From assembly GCA_044892505.1 (NCBI GenBank), contig CM097882.1:309132001-309196000 (forward strand): a stretch of 64,000 nt of DNA, written 5' to 3'. Origin of the DNA: Schmidtea nova. Lineage: Eukaryota. Below, in pieces: positions 34,546 to 45,885 of the stretch. Numbering within the stretch: position 1 is the first letter of the stretch; each line of letters begins with the position of its first letter. A program made the translations under genes and the position numbers. The notes below the pieces were generated by a model. The model was not told the origin of the DNA. It worked only from the letters and a program-made list of their open reading frames with translations, and made no database searches.

Positions 34546-35168
34546 TCAATTTTGTTTATAAACCGTGACTCCATTTTCGTTAAATATATCCGTTCGGATA
34601 CGTAAATCATCAGGACATTGTTGAGTAAAATCAAAGAATAAATATCCATGAGGAACTTTAGTAGCATCTTGAAATGAATTAATTAAGAATTTCCTATCAT
34701 TAGGGTAAGCTTGTCTTGCTAGAAAATCAATAATTGTAGCATCTCTTGGGTTTCTGAATATAACCAAGTATTGAACATTTAAATTACGAGTTCTGTGACT
34801 ACCACCTTGATGAAATAAATTTTGAGTAATGAAAATTACAGTAACTCCTAAATGTCTACTAATTTTTGTGAATAAATTATTAAAATCTTTTCTTTATTTG
34901 CTTCTTGGTACAAATCATCGATAATTATAACATCGCCTTGTCGTAATCTAGATGACCAGTTTTTATCAAACCCTTTTATAATTGTCATTTTTAATTTACA
35001 GAATTGATCTTGAGTCAGTCCATGTTCTTCATCAGCTCCTCTATGCCAGTAAATTTTATTGAATTTAGATTTAAACATTTTTGATTGCAACAATTTACAT
35101 ACAAATAATGTTTTTCCACTACCACTTGGGCCCACTATTTGATAAACTGCATCATTTCTTAATTCCAT
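34546..35168 (-). pseudogene. A32/FtsK-like packaging ATPase with a 1-bp frameshift near 34890
   Basis: GPSGSGKT (Walker A), IIIDDL (Walker B), then in another frame LFTKISRH...IFITQNLF...RNLNVQYLVIFRNPRD. Confidence 0.93.
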
Positions 35169-35227
35169 TTTTATTTAATTAATTATTAATTAATTTAATA
35201 TTGTTTATATTTATTCAATTTATAAAA

Positions 35228-35710
35228 ATGATAAGTAATATTAATTATATGGGCAAGTGTTTAGTTCCAAACATGTTATTTCCTGTTGGGAAACCCCAGC
35301 AAGTTATAGATAGGAGCGGGAAGTACCCTATTTTATTTTTCAGATCGGGGAAATGCCGTGTAATGGGTTGTAAGCAACCGTTAAAACCAGATGATTTGAA
35401 ATATAAAATTTCAGATTTAAAAATTCAATCGATCACTATAACATTGGATATGGGTAAATCCATAAATTTATACGAATTGCAAAATAAAACAGAGTGCTGG
35501 TACGAACCCGAAATATTTCCAGCTTTGAGATTAATAAATTATAACCCAATTTGCATTAATATTTTTTCAAGTGGAAAAGTTGTAATATTAGGAATTAAAA
35601 CATTGGATTATTTTAATCAAGTAAATGAAATTAAAAATTATATTAATTCATTAATTAATAATGAATTAATTGATGAAAAATATCTCGATTTATTATTTAA
35701 TTTTGTTTAA
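35228..35710 (+). CDS. TATA-binding protein (TBP)-like, 160 aa
   Basis: Two TBP repeats: ISNIN..LFP..ILFFRSGKCRVMG and KIQSITITLDMGKSINLYEL..YEPEIFPAL..INIFSSGKVVILGIK. Confidence 0.85.
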   Translation: MISNINYMGKCLVPNMLFPVGKPQQVIDRSGKYPILFFRSGKCRVMGCKQPLKPDDLKYKISDLKIQSITITLDMGKSINLYELQNKTECWYEPEIFPALRLINYNPICINIFSSGKVVILGIKTLDYFNQVNEIKNYINSLINNELIDEKYLDLLFNFV

Positions 35711-35745
35711 ATACATTGTTATTTTACAAATCCATATTTTTGAAA

Positions 35746-36131
35746 ATGTCTAAAAGTAAGTATTATTTTTAATTAACTATATTATTAATATTTTTTATTT
35801 AGCTTATTTATTTGAAGTGGTCCTGAAGAAAATTCAAGAATTATATCCAAAAATAAAAGATTCTTTGGATTATTGTGCGCCAGAGTTATTGGTTCATAAG
35901 ATATATAAGCTTACTGGGATCAATATCGAACAATTGCTCGAGATTCACTACGATATGGTGCTAGGAGCTGGAGTCAAATGCGTTGAAAATTGCATAGTTT
36001 GCAATGATTCACTAAGAGTATCCTGTGTAAACGGATGTGCATGCTGCCATGATTTTAAAAGAGATCATTCGGTGCATATCTTAATGTCAGAAATGCGTAA
36101 AGCATATTATAACGACATTTATAATTTATAA
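35746..36131 (+). CDS. Cys/His-rich 'YCAPEL' accessory protein (2 exons: 35746-35755 and 35803-36131)
   Basis: 47-nt GTAAGT...TTAG intron in frame; CVENCIVC...CVNGCACCHD; homologs at 3222 and 38780. Confidence 0.7.
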
Positions 36132-36429
36132 TAAAGTTTTGTGATTTAGTTGTTCTTTATTTTTATTTCAAAGTTTTGTGATTTAGTTGTTCTTTATTAT
36201 NNNNNNNNNNNNNNNNNNNNNNNNNNNNNNNNNNNNNNNNNNNNNNNNNNNNNNNNNNNNNNNNNNNNNNNNNNNNNNNNNNNNNNNNNNNNNNNNNNNN
36301 NNNNNNNNNNNNNNNNNNNNNNNNNNNNNNNNNNNNNNNNNNNNNNNNNNNNNNNNNNNNNNNNNNNNNNNNNNNNNNNNNNNNNNNNNNNNNNNNNNNN
36401 NNNNNNNNNNNNNNNNNNNNNNNNNNNNN

Positions 36430-36563
36430 ACTATAGATCAAATTTTTTTATAAACAATAACACAATATTTCGGCACAGCCTTTATCAAGTGTGTAAATAC
36501 ACACTTGATAAAGGCTGTGCCGAAATATTGTGTTATTGTTTATAAAAAAATTTGATCTATAGT
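36430..36563. repeat. Perfect 134-bp palindrome (66-bp arms, 2-nt loop)
   Basis: ACTATAGATC...GTGTGTA-AA-TACACAC...GATCTATAGT; no mismatch found by eye. Confidence 0.92.
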
Positions 36564-37847
36564 CATTATGAGAATTATTGATAATAATAATAAAAAAAGA
36601 TCAAAGGTNNNNNNNNNNNNNNNNNNNNNNNNNNNNNNNNNNNNNNNNNNNNNNNNNNNNNNNNNNNNNNNNNNNNNNNNNNNNNNNNNNNNNNNNNNNN
36701 NNNNNNNNNNNNNNNNNNNNNNNNNNNNNNNNNNNNNNNNNNNNNNNNNNNNNNNNNNNNNNNNNNNNNNNNNNNNNNNNNNNNNNNNNNNNNNNNNNNN
36801 NNNNNNNNNNNNNNNNNNNNNNNNNNNNNNNNNNNNNNNNNNNNNNNNNNNNNNNNNNNNNNNNNNNNNNNNNNNNNNNNNNNNNNNNNNNNNNNNNNNN
36901 NNNNNNNNNNNNNNNNNNNNNNNNNNNNNNNNNNNNNNNNNNNNNNNNNNNNNNNNNNNNNNNNNNNNNNNNNNNNNNNNNNNNNNNNNNNNNNNNNNNN
37001 NNNNNNNNNNNNNNNNNGTTATTTTTCCCACTGAACCGAAAAATAAATAAATATTAATTAAAATNNNNNNNNNNNNNNNNNNNNNNNNNNNNNNNNNNNN
37101 NNNNNNNNNNNNNNNNNNNNNNNNNNNNNNNNNNNNNNNNNNNNNNNNNNNNNNNNNNNNNNNNNNNNNNNNNNNNNNNNNNNNNNNNNNNNNNNNNNNN
37201 NNNNNNNNNNNNNNNNNNNNNNNNNNNNNNNNNNNNNNNNNNNNNNNNNNNNNNNNNNNNNNNNNNNNNNNNNNNNNNNNNNNNNNNNNNNNNAAAATAA
37301 TAAATTAAATTGACTTCATTTAAACAAAAAATTAAAATTAAAAAAATTCACTTCATTTAAACAAAATAAAAAAAATTCACTTAATTTAAACAAAATAAAA
37401 AATTTAAAAAATTCACTTCATTTAAACAAAAAAATTTTTTTTGGGGGGGGGTAAAAAAAAATTTTTAGGGGGGAGGGGGGGTCTGTTCCTGTTCTTGGGC
37501 GCTCCCCCTACTCTACTGATGATAGACTGATACGAAGAGATGTCACCATGAAGAACGAGATGCCTTTGGACTTATTTGTCCATCCAGATTTCCCAGATAA
37601 AGAAGACGCAATGTTATTTTAATATATTTTGTTGAAAAATCAAAAATTTTGTTTTTAATTTCATTCATTATGAATTGTTCGTTATTATATGTTAAATATG
37701 ACTTGTTGGTCATTTTTGTATTAGGTAGTATAGAGTAAGATTTTTCTTAAATATGATTTGTTCACCATTTTCTTAAATTTGGCTTGTTTGTCATTTTTAT
37801 TACATAGTATATGGTTAACGTTTTGATCAGTATATCTTGTTGATTAT

Positions 37848-38659
37848 TGTTATGTTTGCAAATTAGTTATTTGAGTTGGTTAATTTTGACTAGTACTAGT
37901 TGAGTGCTTGGGGATTTGTAAGTGCCCAAAAGAGTCTCCCAAAAATTATAGTGGGGACAATTGGGGTGCCTGTGTGTGTAATGTAGGATTTACTGTGATT
38001 AACAAAGATAATATTAAATAACGAATTAACAAATATCGAACAATAAACTATATTTTTGGAAAACAAAAATGTTACTCCCGTAGTAAAGAGATGAAGTTTG
38101 ATTTTTTTGTTATATTCTTATAAATCGAATTAGTTTATGTTTTCTTGTTTCCGGTATAACGATATTTTATAGAAAAATATTTGGTAGGAAAAAGATGTTG
38201 AAATTGACTTTGGTCAAGTTTCTTTTTATCCGGATATTATAACGATATTTTATAGAAAAGTATTTGGTAGGAAAATGGATGTTGGAATTGACTTTGGATG
38301 AGTTTCCTTTTATCCGGATATTATAACGATATTTGGTAGGAAAAGGATATTCTTTAGAAATTTTCTTTTAATATTTGCAACAATTTACTTTTAACAATTT
38401 TAATGAAATTGTCCGTAATATTAAGTTTAAATTCAATTAATCAATTTTCTTAATTTTTTGTTGTTAGCCTTACTATAGCTATTTGCTATAGTAAGCTAAT
38501 TTAAAATTTTAAAATTCAAAATTTCTAATTTTTTATAAAACCCAAAAATAACAATTAACAACAAAAAGGGGGGTCCTCGGTGACTGTGAGAGAGCCGACC
38601 ATAATAATGACGGCGCTTACAACAAAATATAAAAATAACAAAATTGTTAACATAATACA
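37848..38659. mobile_element. Probable solo LTR, same family as 5685-6434; internal ~80-bp tandem repeats
   Basis: TGTTATG...TAATACA with a possible TSD ATTAT (AT-rich, so weak); shares the AGAGTCTCC and AAAGGGGGGTC motifs. Confidence 0.5.
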
Positions 38660-38769
38660 ATTATTGCCCAACATTTCTGTGCATTACAATTATTATTAAT
38701 TTTGTTTTAGTTATTAAGATAACAATAATTTTAGATACAGTGACGAAATCATAAAAAATAATGTAGAAT

Positions 38770-41269
38770 AAAGTCCTAATCGATCATCTATATTGTGTAG
38801 ATGATGATCTACCCACTTGCAGCACCAACATCATCTGTGCCTATAGATGTGAAAGTTGGATCTATAGGACGTAGAAATTGTGGTTCCGAAAAGAGCTGAA
38901 GAAATGTTAATGTTATTTTTAATAAATGTTTAGAATTTTATTTGTCTTTGTTTATTTTATTATATTTTTTATTGGAAGTAGTTGTTTTGTTAAGATTTGT
39001 GAATATTAGAGTTTGAAAAAAATAGTAATAATAATACAATTATAACTAATTCACCAATAATAATATTTATAATATTAATCATAATAATTATAATAATGAA
39101 GTTGTAATTGATATGCAATCAAGTTTCAGTTGATATGCAATCAAGTTGCAGTTGATATGCAATCAAGATGCAGTACCGTAAAGTTCTGAATATAGTACCC
39201 CCCAAATAAAGTACCCCGGATGCACTAATAGCAATATTTGTCCAAATACAGTACCCGGGTACAGTAATTGGATTTTTTTTTGGAAATTAATTTTGAACTT
39301 CATATTGGATTTATGTTTCATGCTAGTTTTATTCTATCTACTACTAAAACCATTATGAAAATGGTGTGAAACTTCATCTATTAATATAAAACCATTTATA
39401 TTTGTTATACATCATTTTGACAAGTGTAAATATAGACAAGGAGGCCGAAAATATAAACGATTTTTGAATATTATAAACAAATATTACAAACAAATTCTCA
39501 TTTGACAACTAAACAAAAAAAAATCGAAAATCGAAAAAGTTAAAAAATATATTAGATTAATAATTAAATAGGTTTCATTAGTGTTTTGAAATTTTCATTT
39601 TTTATTTAACATTTTGTTTTGATACAGCCATGTCATCGAAAAGAAAGAATATCACAACTGAACGCAAGTTGCAAATTGTATCGCGAGTAAAGAATGGAGA
39701 GTCATTACATTTTTTAGAAAGACACTTTATTCAAAGAAATCAAATCAGGAAATGGGTACGTCTGGAGAATGATTTTCTTGGATTAATAAAGAAAAAAGAA
39801 GCAAGAGTAGAGTTTTGGGTAGAGGTTCTAAACCAAAATTTCGCGAAATTGAAAATCTTTTAGGGGACTGGTTTAGAAATCAGCGATCCAAAATACTTGT
39901 TGTTAATTATAATGAACTTCGAAGACAAGCAAAGAAAATTTCAGAAAACATTCCAGACTCACCAGAAAATGGGTTATTCTATTGCAGCAGCAAATGGCTT
40001 CGAAATGTTTGTCGCAGAAACAAGATTACTTCGAGAAAAAATAACTCACCAAAGTCAACAGGATAATTGTACGGCTACTGAATTATTCAATAAAGTTCAA
40101 AATTATTTAACAGTCGTAAATATGAAAACAATTAACTTTGCCAAAAACTGTATTTACAATATGGATGAAACTCCATGTTAAAGCTTTGCATTTCCAAGGT
40201 GAAAAACAAGTTGATGGTTTGGATACTGGACATAATAAAAAAAGTTTCACTGTTGTTCTGTGCATCTCCACTGCGGGAAAATTGGTGCGCACTTTTATTA
40301 TACTAAAAGGATTAAAAAAAATACCAAAAGTTAATTTACCAAAAGACATCGATTTTTGTGTTAGCTTGGGTGGTTCGATGACCACAGATTTAATGTTACG
40401 TTGGTTGAAAACATGTTTTCACAAAGAAAACAGTTTTTTTGATACTGAAAAGTTTCTATAAATAATGGACTCTTATGGTTGCCATTTAATGAATGAAGTG
40501 ACAAAACAACTAAAGAAGCTATGCAATGCAGAGCCAGTCATAATACCTCCAAAACTACGTCCTTTTTACAGTCATTGGATGTTTCAATTAACTATCCATT
40601 TAAACATTTTATGAGAGCAGCTTGGAATGATTGGCTTATAAATGGTAAAGAGGAATTTACAAAAAAAAGGATACAGGAAAATACCGACCTGTCAAGATAT
40701 TGTTAATTTTACATCTTCAGCTTTAAAAAAAATTTCACCAGAAATAATTGAACGGTCATTTGAGTGTTGCGGAGTTGGAGAGCTCGGAAAAGAAATATGT
40801 TTGGAAAAACTGAATAGCCGACTTCAAACTGTTCTTAAATCATATGAATAAAATATTTCTGAAATCGAAACCGAACCAAATGATACAACTTACGAGCTGG
40901 TCAGGGTTGATGAAGCTAATGAAACTGATCTAGAAACTGTTGATGAACATGTAACTGATAGTCTGAGTTCTTCCTCTGATGATGATGATGATGAATATGT
41001 CAGCGAGACTTCCTGTGAAGTTGATACAGAGGAGCTATTAAAATTGGTTCAGATGAGTAATAAATAATACTTTAAAAAATAATTAATTAATTTGTATCGG
41101 ACTATGTTCCTAGTTTTTCTATTATTATATACAGTTGAATTAATGTATACAGTTTTTTTATTATTAATGAATAATCTTATTGTTTTTTGAATTAATAATA
41201 TAGTTGTTTTGTTCGTTAATTATATATTAATTGGTTTTATTTTAATTTTAGATAATACATTCCCTGTGC

Positions 41270-41305
<36 letters not shown>

Positions 41306-41899
41306 CGTTCCCAATGGTGTACCTGGGTATAAATAACCAATTTTAGTACCCGGGTATACTAATTGGATTTATTATTTTTTCAGAATATTGCCATTTTCCA
41401 ATTAGAGTACCCGGGTATTATATTCAGAACTTTACAGTACATGCACATAACATTATTTATACACATATTAGCAGACACACGCATTAAATTTCGTAAATTT
41501 TCTTATACACACAAGAATAGTATTCAAGTTGCAATAGCGATGCATGTCATGTGCAATACAGATGCATGAATATGATTGTTTGAACACAGACTATGACGAG
41601 TATAAATAAGCAAACAAAATTACTCTTGTTCATAAAATGCAAAATCTTTTCGTAATTTTTAAAGTTTTTTGAAATTTTTGAATTTTTAAAATTTGACCTT
41701 AGGGTGACCTTGACTTCGCGGTGACCTTGACCTTAAGATGACCTAGTTGTTTTTTCATAAAATGACCTTTAAAAAATGAAATTTGATGACTCATTGTGCA
41801 CGTGTGTGCAAAAGAAATTAGGGAGTCATGTGATTTTAATTGGACGTACACATGCGATGACGTCATGTCTTTGTTCTCCCATCCACACTTCTCCATACT
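38770..41899. mobile_element. Terminal fragment of a family-B Maverick, interrupted by pogo
   Basis: Reverse complement of ~2010-3320 (YCAPEL ORF, subterminal region); ends ...CCACACTTCTCCATACT. Confidence 0.8.
39176..41437 (+). mobile_element. pogo-like (CENP-B/DDE_1) DNA transposon, decayed
   Basis: TIRs CCGTAAAGTTCTGAATAT / CTGTAAAGTTCTGAATAT with TA TSD; the empty site is visible at ~2955-2965. Motifs include HTH, YNMDETP, MDSYGCH and LQSLDVSIN. Confidence 0.92.
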
Positions 41900-42169
41900 T
41901 CAGACTAATCACATAAATCATTGTGGAGAAAGAGGCAAAATGGCAGATCTGACAAGCCGGCAAATTACTTGTCAAAGTGCCAGTAACAAAGAAAATTTAA
42001 AATGTCAAAATTAGTATGATTGGTCCGATTTCACGTTTCTTCACAGTGATTAATGGAGTTGAGTTTGGTATATAAACCAATTCATCTCAATAAAATTGCC
42101 AGTTAGTCAGAGGAGTTAAATATAAATCATTTCGAATTGCAAGTGGCCGAAGGATTAAAATTTAAAAAT

Positions 42170-42849
42170 AAAATATTGAAGAAATATGTGTCAAACAAGC
42201 AATTGATTTTATCGTATCAGCTTGGAAGGATATGAATTGTTTAATCATACAAAATTGCTTCAAAGAAATGTGGATTTGATATCGAAATAGCATCAAATAA
42301 TGGCAATAACGATATAGAATCCATTGAGTCTGTAATTTTTCAGCTTCAATCAAACAATATAACACCAGAGAACTTCAACTTTGAAGGTTATGTTAATTGT
42401 GATGAAGAACTTGCTGTATCAGCTATCATTGATGACAAGGAAATCGTTGAAACCATCCTTGAAAAAGATAAAGAATACACAGACGAAACATGTGAGCAAA
42501 TTGAGGAAGATAAGATGAATTTCAACGTCTACCTAAAAAACAAGCATTAGACGCAATCAAAATATTAAGATATTATTTTCTGTGATGAAGCTGATACAAA
42601 AGATGAACTTGAAATGATTTACAATTTAGAGAATAAGATAAGTATTTCAAATCAAAAACAAACAAAAATATCTAATTTTTTCAAACGTTAAATATAAATT
42701 TATTTGTCTGTCTTTATTTTTGTATTTGGTTTTTGTAATAACTAATTAAATAATTTTTTCTTAATTTTTTGTAACTCATAATTGAACACCCTACCAATTG
42801 AACAGTATTTTCTTGCCCCCTTGACAGTTCATTTACACGAGTTTTACTG
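42170..42849 (+). mobile_element. 3' remnant of a Tigger-like transposon
   Basis: AIDFIVSAW, KQTKISNFFK; right TIR ...TTACACGAGTTTTACTG followed by TA. Confidence 0.7.
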
Positions 42850-43560
42850 TACTTCGAATTACCATTTGGTCTGAAATATAAAAGAATTTTAAGAAAAACT
42901 AAAAATAATCACCTGTGATAAAAAGAAGTATCTTGTCAATCAGATTTCATGGGTGATATCATGTGGATAGTCAACTCAAAGTCAAAGCAAAATAGTATCG
43001 GCGTTGTAAAAATTTATTCTTGTTCAATAAATATTTTATTTGCTGGGTCTTCATTGATTTTCAAAGAATAGGAGGAGTCAGAAAAAAACTTGGTCTTACC
43101 GAAATTATTATTACCGAAAAATATTTATGTTAAATTAAATAAATAAATTTTTAATTAATTACCAGAAATTTTCCCATACAAATATTTTTAGGCTCAGATT
43201 GATTCCAGTTTACTGGCTAAATTCTGCAAACCATGAGGACACCACGATAATAAGTAGTGTTCCTAATAATTATTGAGACTTTTAGAAGTAAATAAGTAAA
43301 ATAAGCCAGTGTAAATATATATTCAGTCTTGTATATAGGCCAATATATTGGTATTTGTTTTAATCAGTTATTATTTAATTAAGAAATTGTATCACTTATT
43401 TTAAAATGTCCATAGAAAGCGTGCAATATCGCAGTGTCATTAGTTTTATCTTTATGAAAAGTAAAACTAAAGAAGAAGTCAATACAAAGCTGAGTGGGGT
43501 TTTTGGTGGTTAGTAACAGTCAAAAACAGCAATTTACCGTCGGTACAAAATCTTACATAG

Positions 43561-44318
43561 TGTAAGGGTTGCCTGAACAGGCTTGAAATAAAAAAGTTAA
43601 TAAGCACAAAAACTATGAGCAAAACGATGAAAATACGAAAATTGGAAATATAATAATTAAAGTTCAAACATTAATTAAAAATTTATAAATTCAAAATAAA
43701 GATTGAGAGGAGGAAACTGGTATGGGAGGATGCCAAATGATGAGACAAATTCAAATATGGGTATATAAAATTAAAAGGGGGTTCTCAGAAAGAAATATTA
43801 AGAAAATGCAAATTAAATAAAATAATTAATTACCTAATAGGAAACCCGAGCGATGTGGGAAATCCGATGCATCAAAAACTATTAATTAGAAAAATAAACT
43901 GACGAATTGAAAGGTGCCGTGGAAAAACCGCAAACGAAATTAGCGGCAACTCTCAATTTAATTAATAATTTGACAGATCCATAATATAAACTGAGAGCAA
44001 TTTGCCGAGATTGCCAGTTGGTCGAAGAAAAATTCAAAAGAGTTGAGTGAGAAATCTGAAAGTAGAAAAGAAAGCTGAAACGGTAATTGAAACTTATAGA
44101 GTATTGATCTATCAATTTCCTGCGTACCAGAAAGAGAGATATCCCATTGGGTCTTCTACCCTAACGCAGAAGAGTGCAGATAACAGTTATAACTTTTGTG
44201 GTTGATATTCTTGTGATTGAATTGGAGAAATAAAAATTATTGTGTTGGGTCTAATTTTTTTGTAAACGAAAGAACACCGGAGTCAGATACCAACCGACTA
44301 CTCCTTAATAACCCAACA
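43561..44318. mobile_element. TG...CA element (solo-LTR-like), 758 bp
   Basis: TGTAAGGGTT...AACCCAACA; 4-bp TSD ATAG (43557-43560 and 44319-44322). Confidence 0.7.
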
Positions 44319-44462
44319 ATAGTAATAGAACCTTAGTTTATTGTGAATAAAAGCCAGAAAAGCTTGTGAAATAAAGGAAAAAACAACTGAAGACCTGAGA
44401 TAAATTGTTCAGACTGAGAGGAAAATAATAATAAGAAAGCTAACAATGAGCTTGAATATGAG

Positions 44463-44873
44463 TGTGGGATGTTTAAAAATACTCTAAAGATTTTTATAAA
44501 AGTATTTTAATAAAAAAAGTATTTCGCAAAGAAAACATCTCGTTTAAAATAAAAATAATTATCAGTAAAGATTTTAATATTTAAAATCAAATTTAAAATG
44601 TACTGTCTTAAATAAAAGTCTTAATAAAGTTTTTATTAAATATATAGGTTTATTAAAATATAGCTGAAATTAATTAAAAATCGTATGTTGAATTTATGTA
44701 TGAATGTTCTGTATGAAAATTCTGTCAAGAAAATTTACATATTTATTTGAATCTCCTAACGTTGTTTAAATAATTGTGGTAAAAAATACAATTTTGAAAT
44801 TTTGTTAATTTAATTAATTATTTAATGATTGACGCAATTAATACCCGATGTTCGGGAAAAGAAGATACTAACA
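44463..44873 (+). mobile_element. Solo LTR of the Gypsy-2 family
   Basis: Reverse complement of the LTRs at 58254-58665 and 63039-63448; 5-bp TSD ATGAG. Confidence 0.95.
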
Positions 44874-45885
44874 ATGAGCAAATGCACTATTACTCAGTGA
44901 AAGAGACAAGAAAATTAGCTCTCACTTTATACAACGTTTTTTAACTGTTGAAATGCAAAATCAACATGTGCATCACTGCGAAGTAAAAATCTTCAGATTT
45001 TGAATGTTGTTAGTGAGTTTTTAGTATAATATGGATGAGGCTCCACTTTCACTATATGTTCTTCAGTTTAAACTGGAATCTGAAGAGTGGAAACAATATG
45101 TTGAGGTCTGTTCTAAGAAGATTAGGCCATCAACAAGTCACCGAAAAGCGCTCATGCTCATTGTGTTTTGGAATCCAAATATCATTATTTTGGCTGATCT
45201 TTCAGAAATTGGGGTTTAAATTAACAGCTCCTATTACTCCAAACTTGTAGAAAAAACACGGAAACTGCAAAGAAAAAGCAGAGTGGATGTATTCTATTAC
45301 TTACACGATAACGCTCCTATTCACACAAATACAGTTTAATGGGCAAAATTAAGAGTTGTGGAATTATAGTGCTTCCCATCTTCTCTACATTCCCGATTTG
45401 GCTCCATAGAACTTCTATTTGTTTATTTACCCTAAGGTATCCTTGCAAGTCCAGCAGTTTGCCACAAAAGACGACTTAAAAGATGTAATGGAGCATTTTA
45501 CGGGTGAAGTGTCAGAATTTCTTCAAAATCGTCTTTCAAACTCTGGATTCACGCTGAAAAGCATGTGTTGATGCAAATGAAAATTATTTTGAGAAATAAA
45601 CTCTATATGACTTGCTTATTGTCAGTACAAAATATATTTGTGTTCATTTCTCATTCCTCACTACTTATTGGACGCACCGCGTTTCATTAACAATGTTTTT
45701 TGATCCCTCTCAAATTATTTTTCATAATTTTGACTATTTCTTTAACGTTTGAATTTTATAATATCTTACGTTTTTCTAACATGTAAACCCCTTTAAAAGA
45801 AAATATAAAATTTGGTTCTTTTAATTTTTATTTGTCAATAGCGTACATCATTTTGATAAACATTAATGAGCTTCGTTGAGGACTT

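Larger units (their letters stand above)
22212..37517. mobile_element. Full-length Maverick/Polinton (family A)
   Basis: Termini AGTAGAGTAGGGGG...CCCCCTACTCTACT; 6-bp TSD GATGAT (22206-22211 and 37518-37523); full core gene set. Confidence 0.97.
43250..45685 (+). mobile_element. Highly decayed mariner (DD34D) transposon carrying two nested insertions
   Basis: YRSVISFIF N-terminus at ~43430; MDEAP..VFWN, LHDNAPIHT and PDLAP at 45030-45410; TIR-like AATAAGTAGTG at both ends. Confidence 0.7.

Noticed and set aside
36150-37057. ORFs composed mostly of X (also at 7515, 16219, 22381, 48688, 49312)
   Set aside because: Artefacts of N-runs.
2010-41899. One giant family-B Maverick with termini at 2010 and 41899
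   Set aside because: Flanks TCAAAG and TCAGAC match only 4/6, the two ends differ by indels, and both carry the YCAPEL gene (the same end type). Two separate copies are more likely, though this is not fully excluded.
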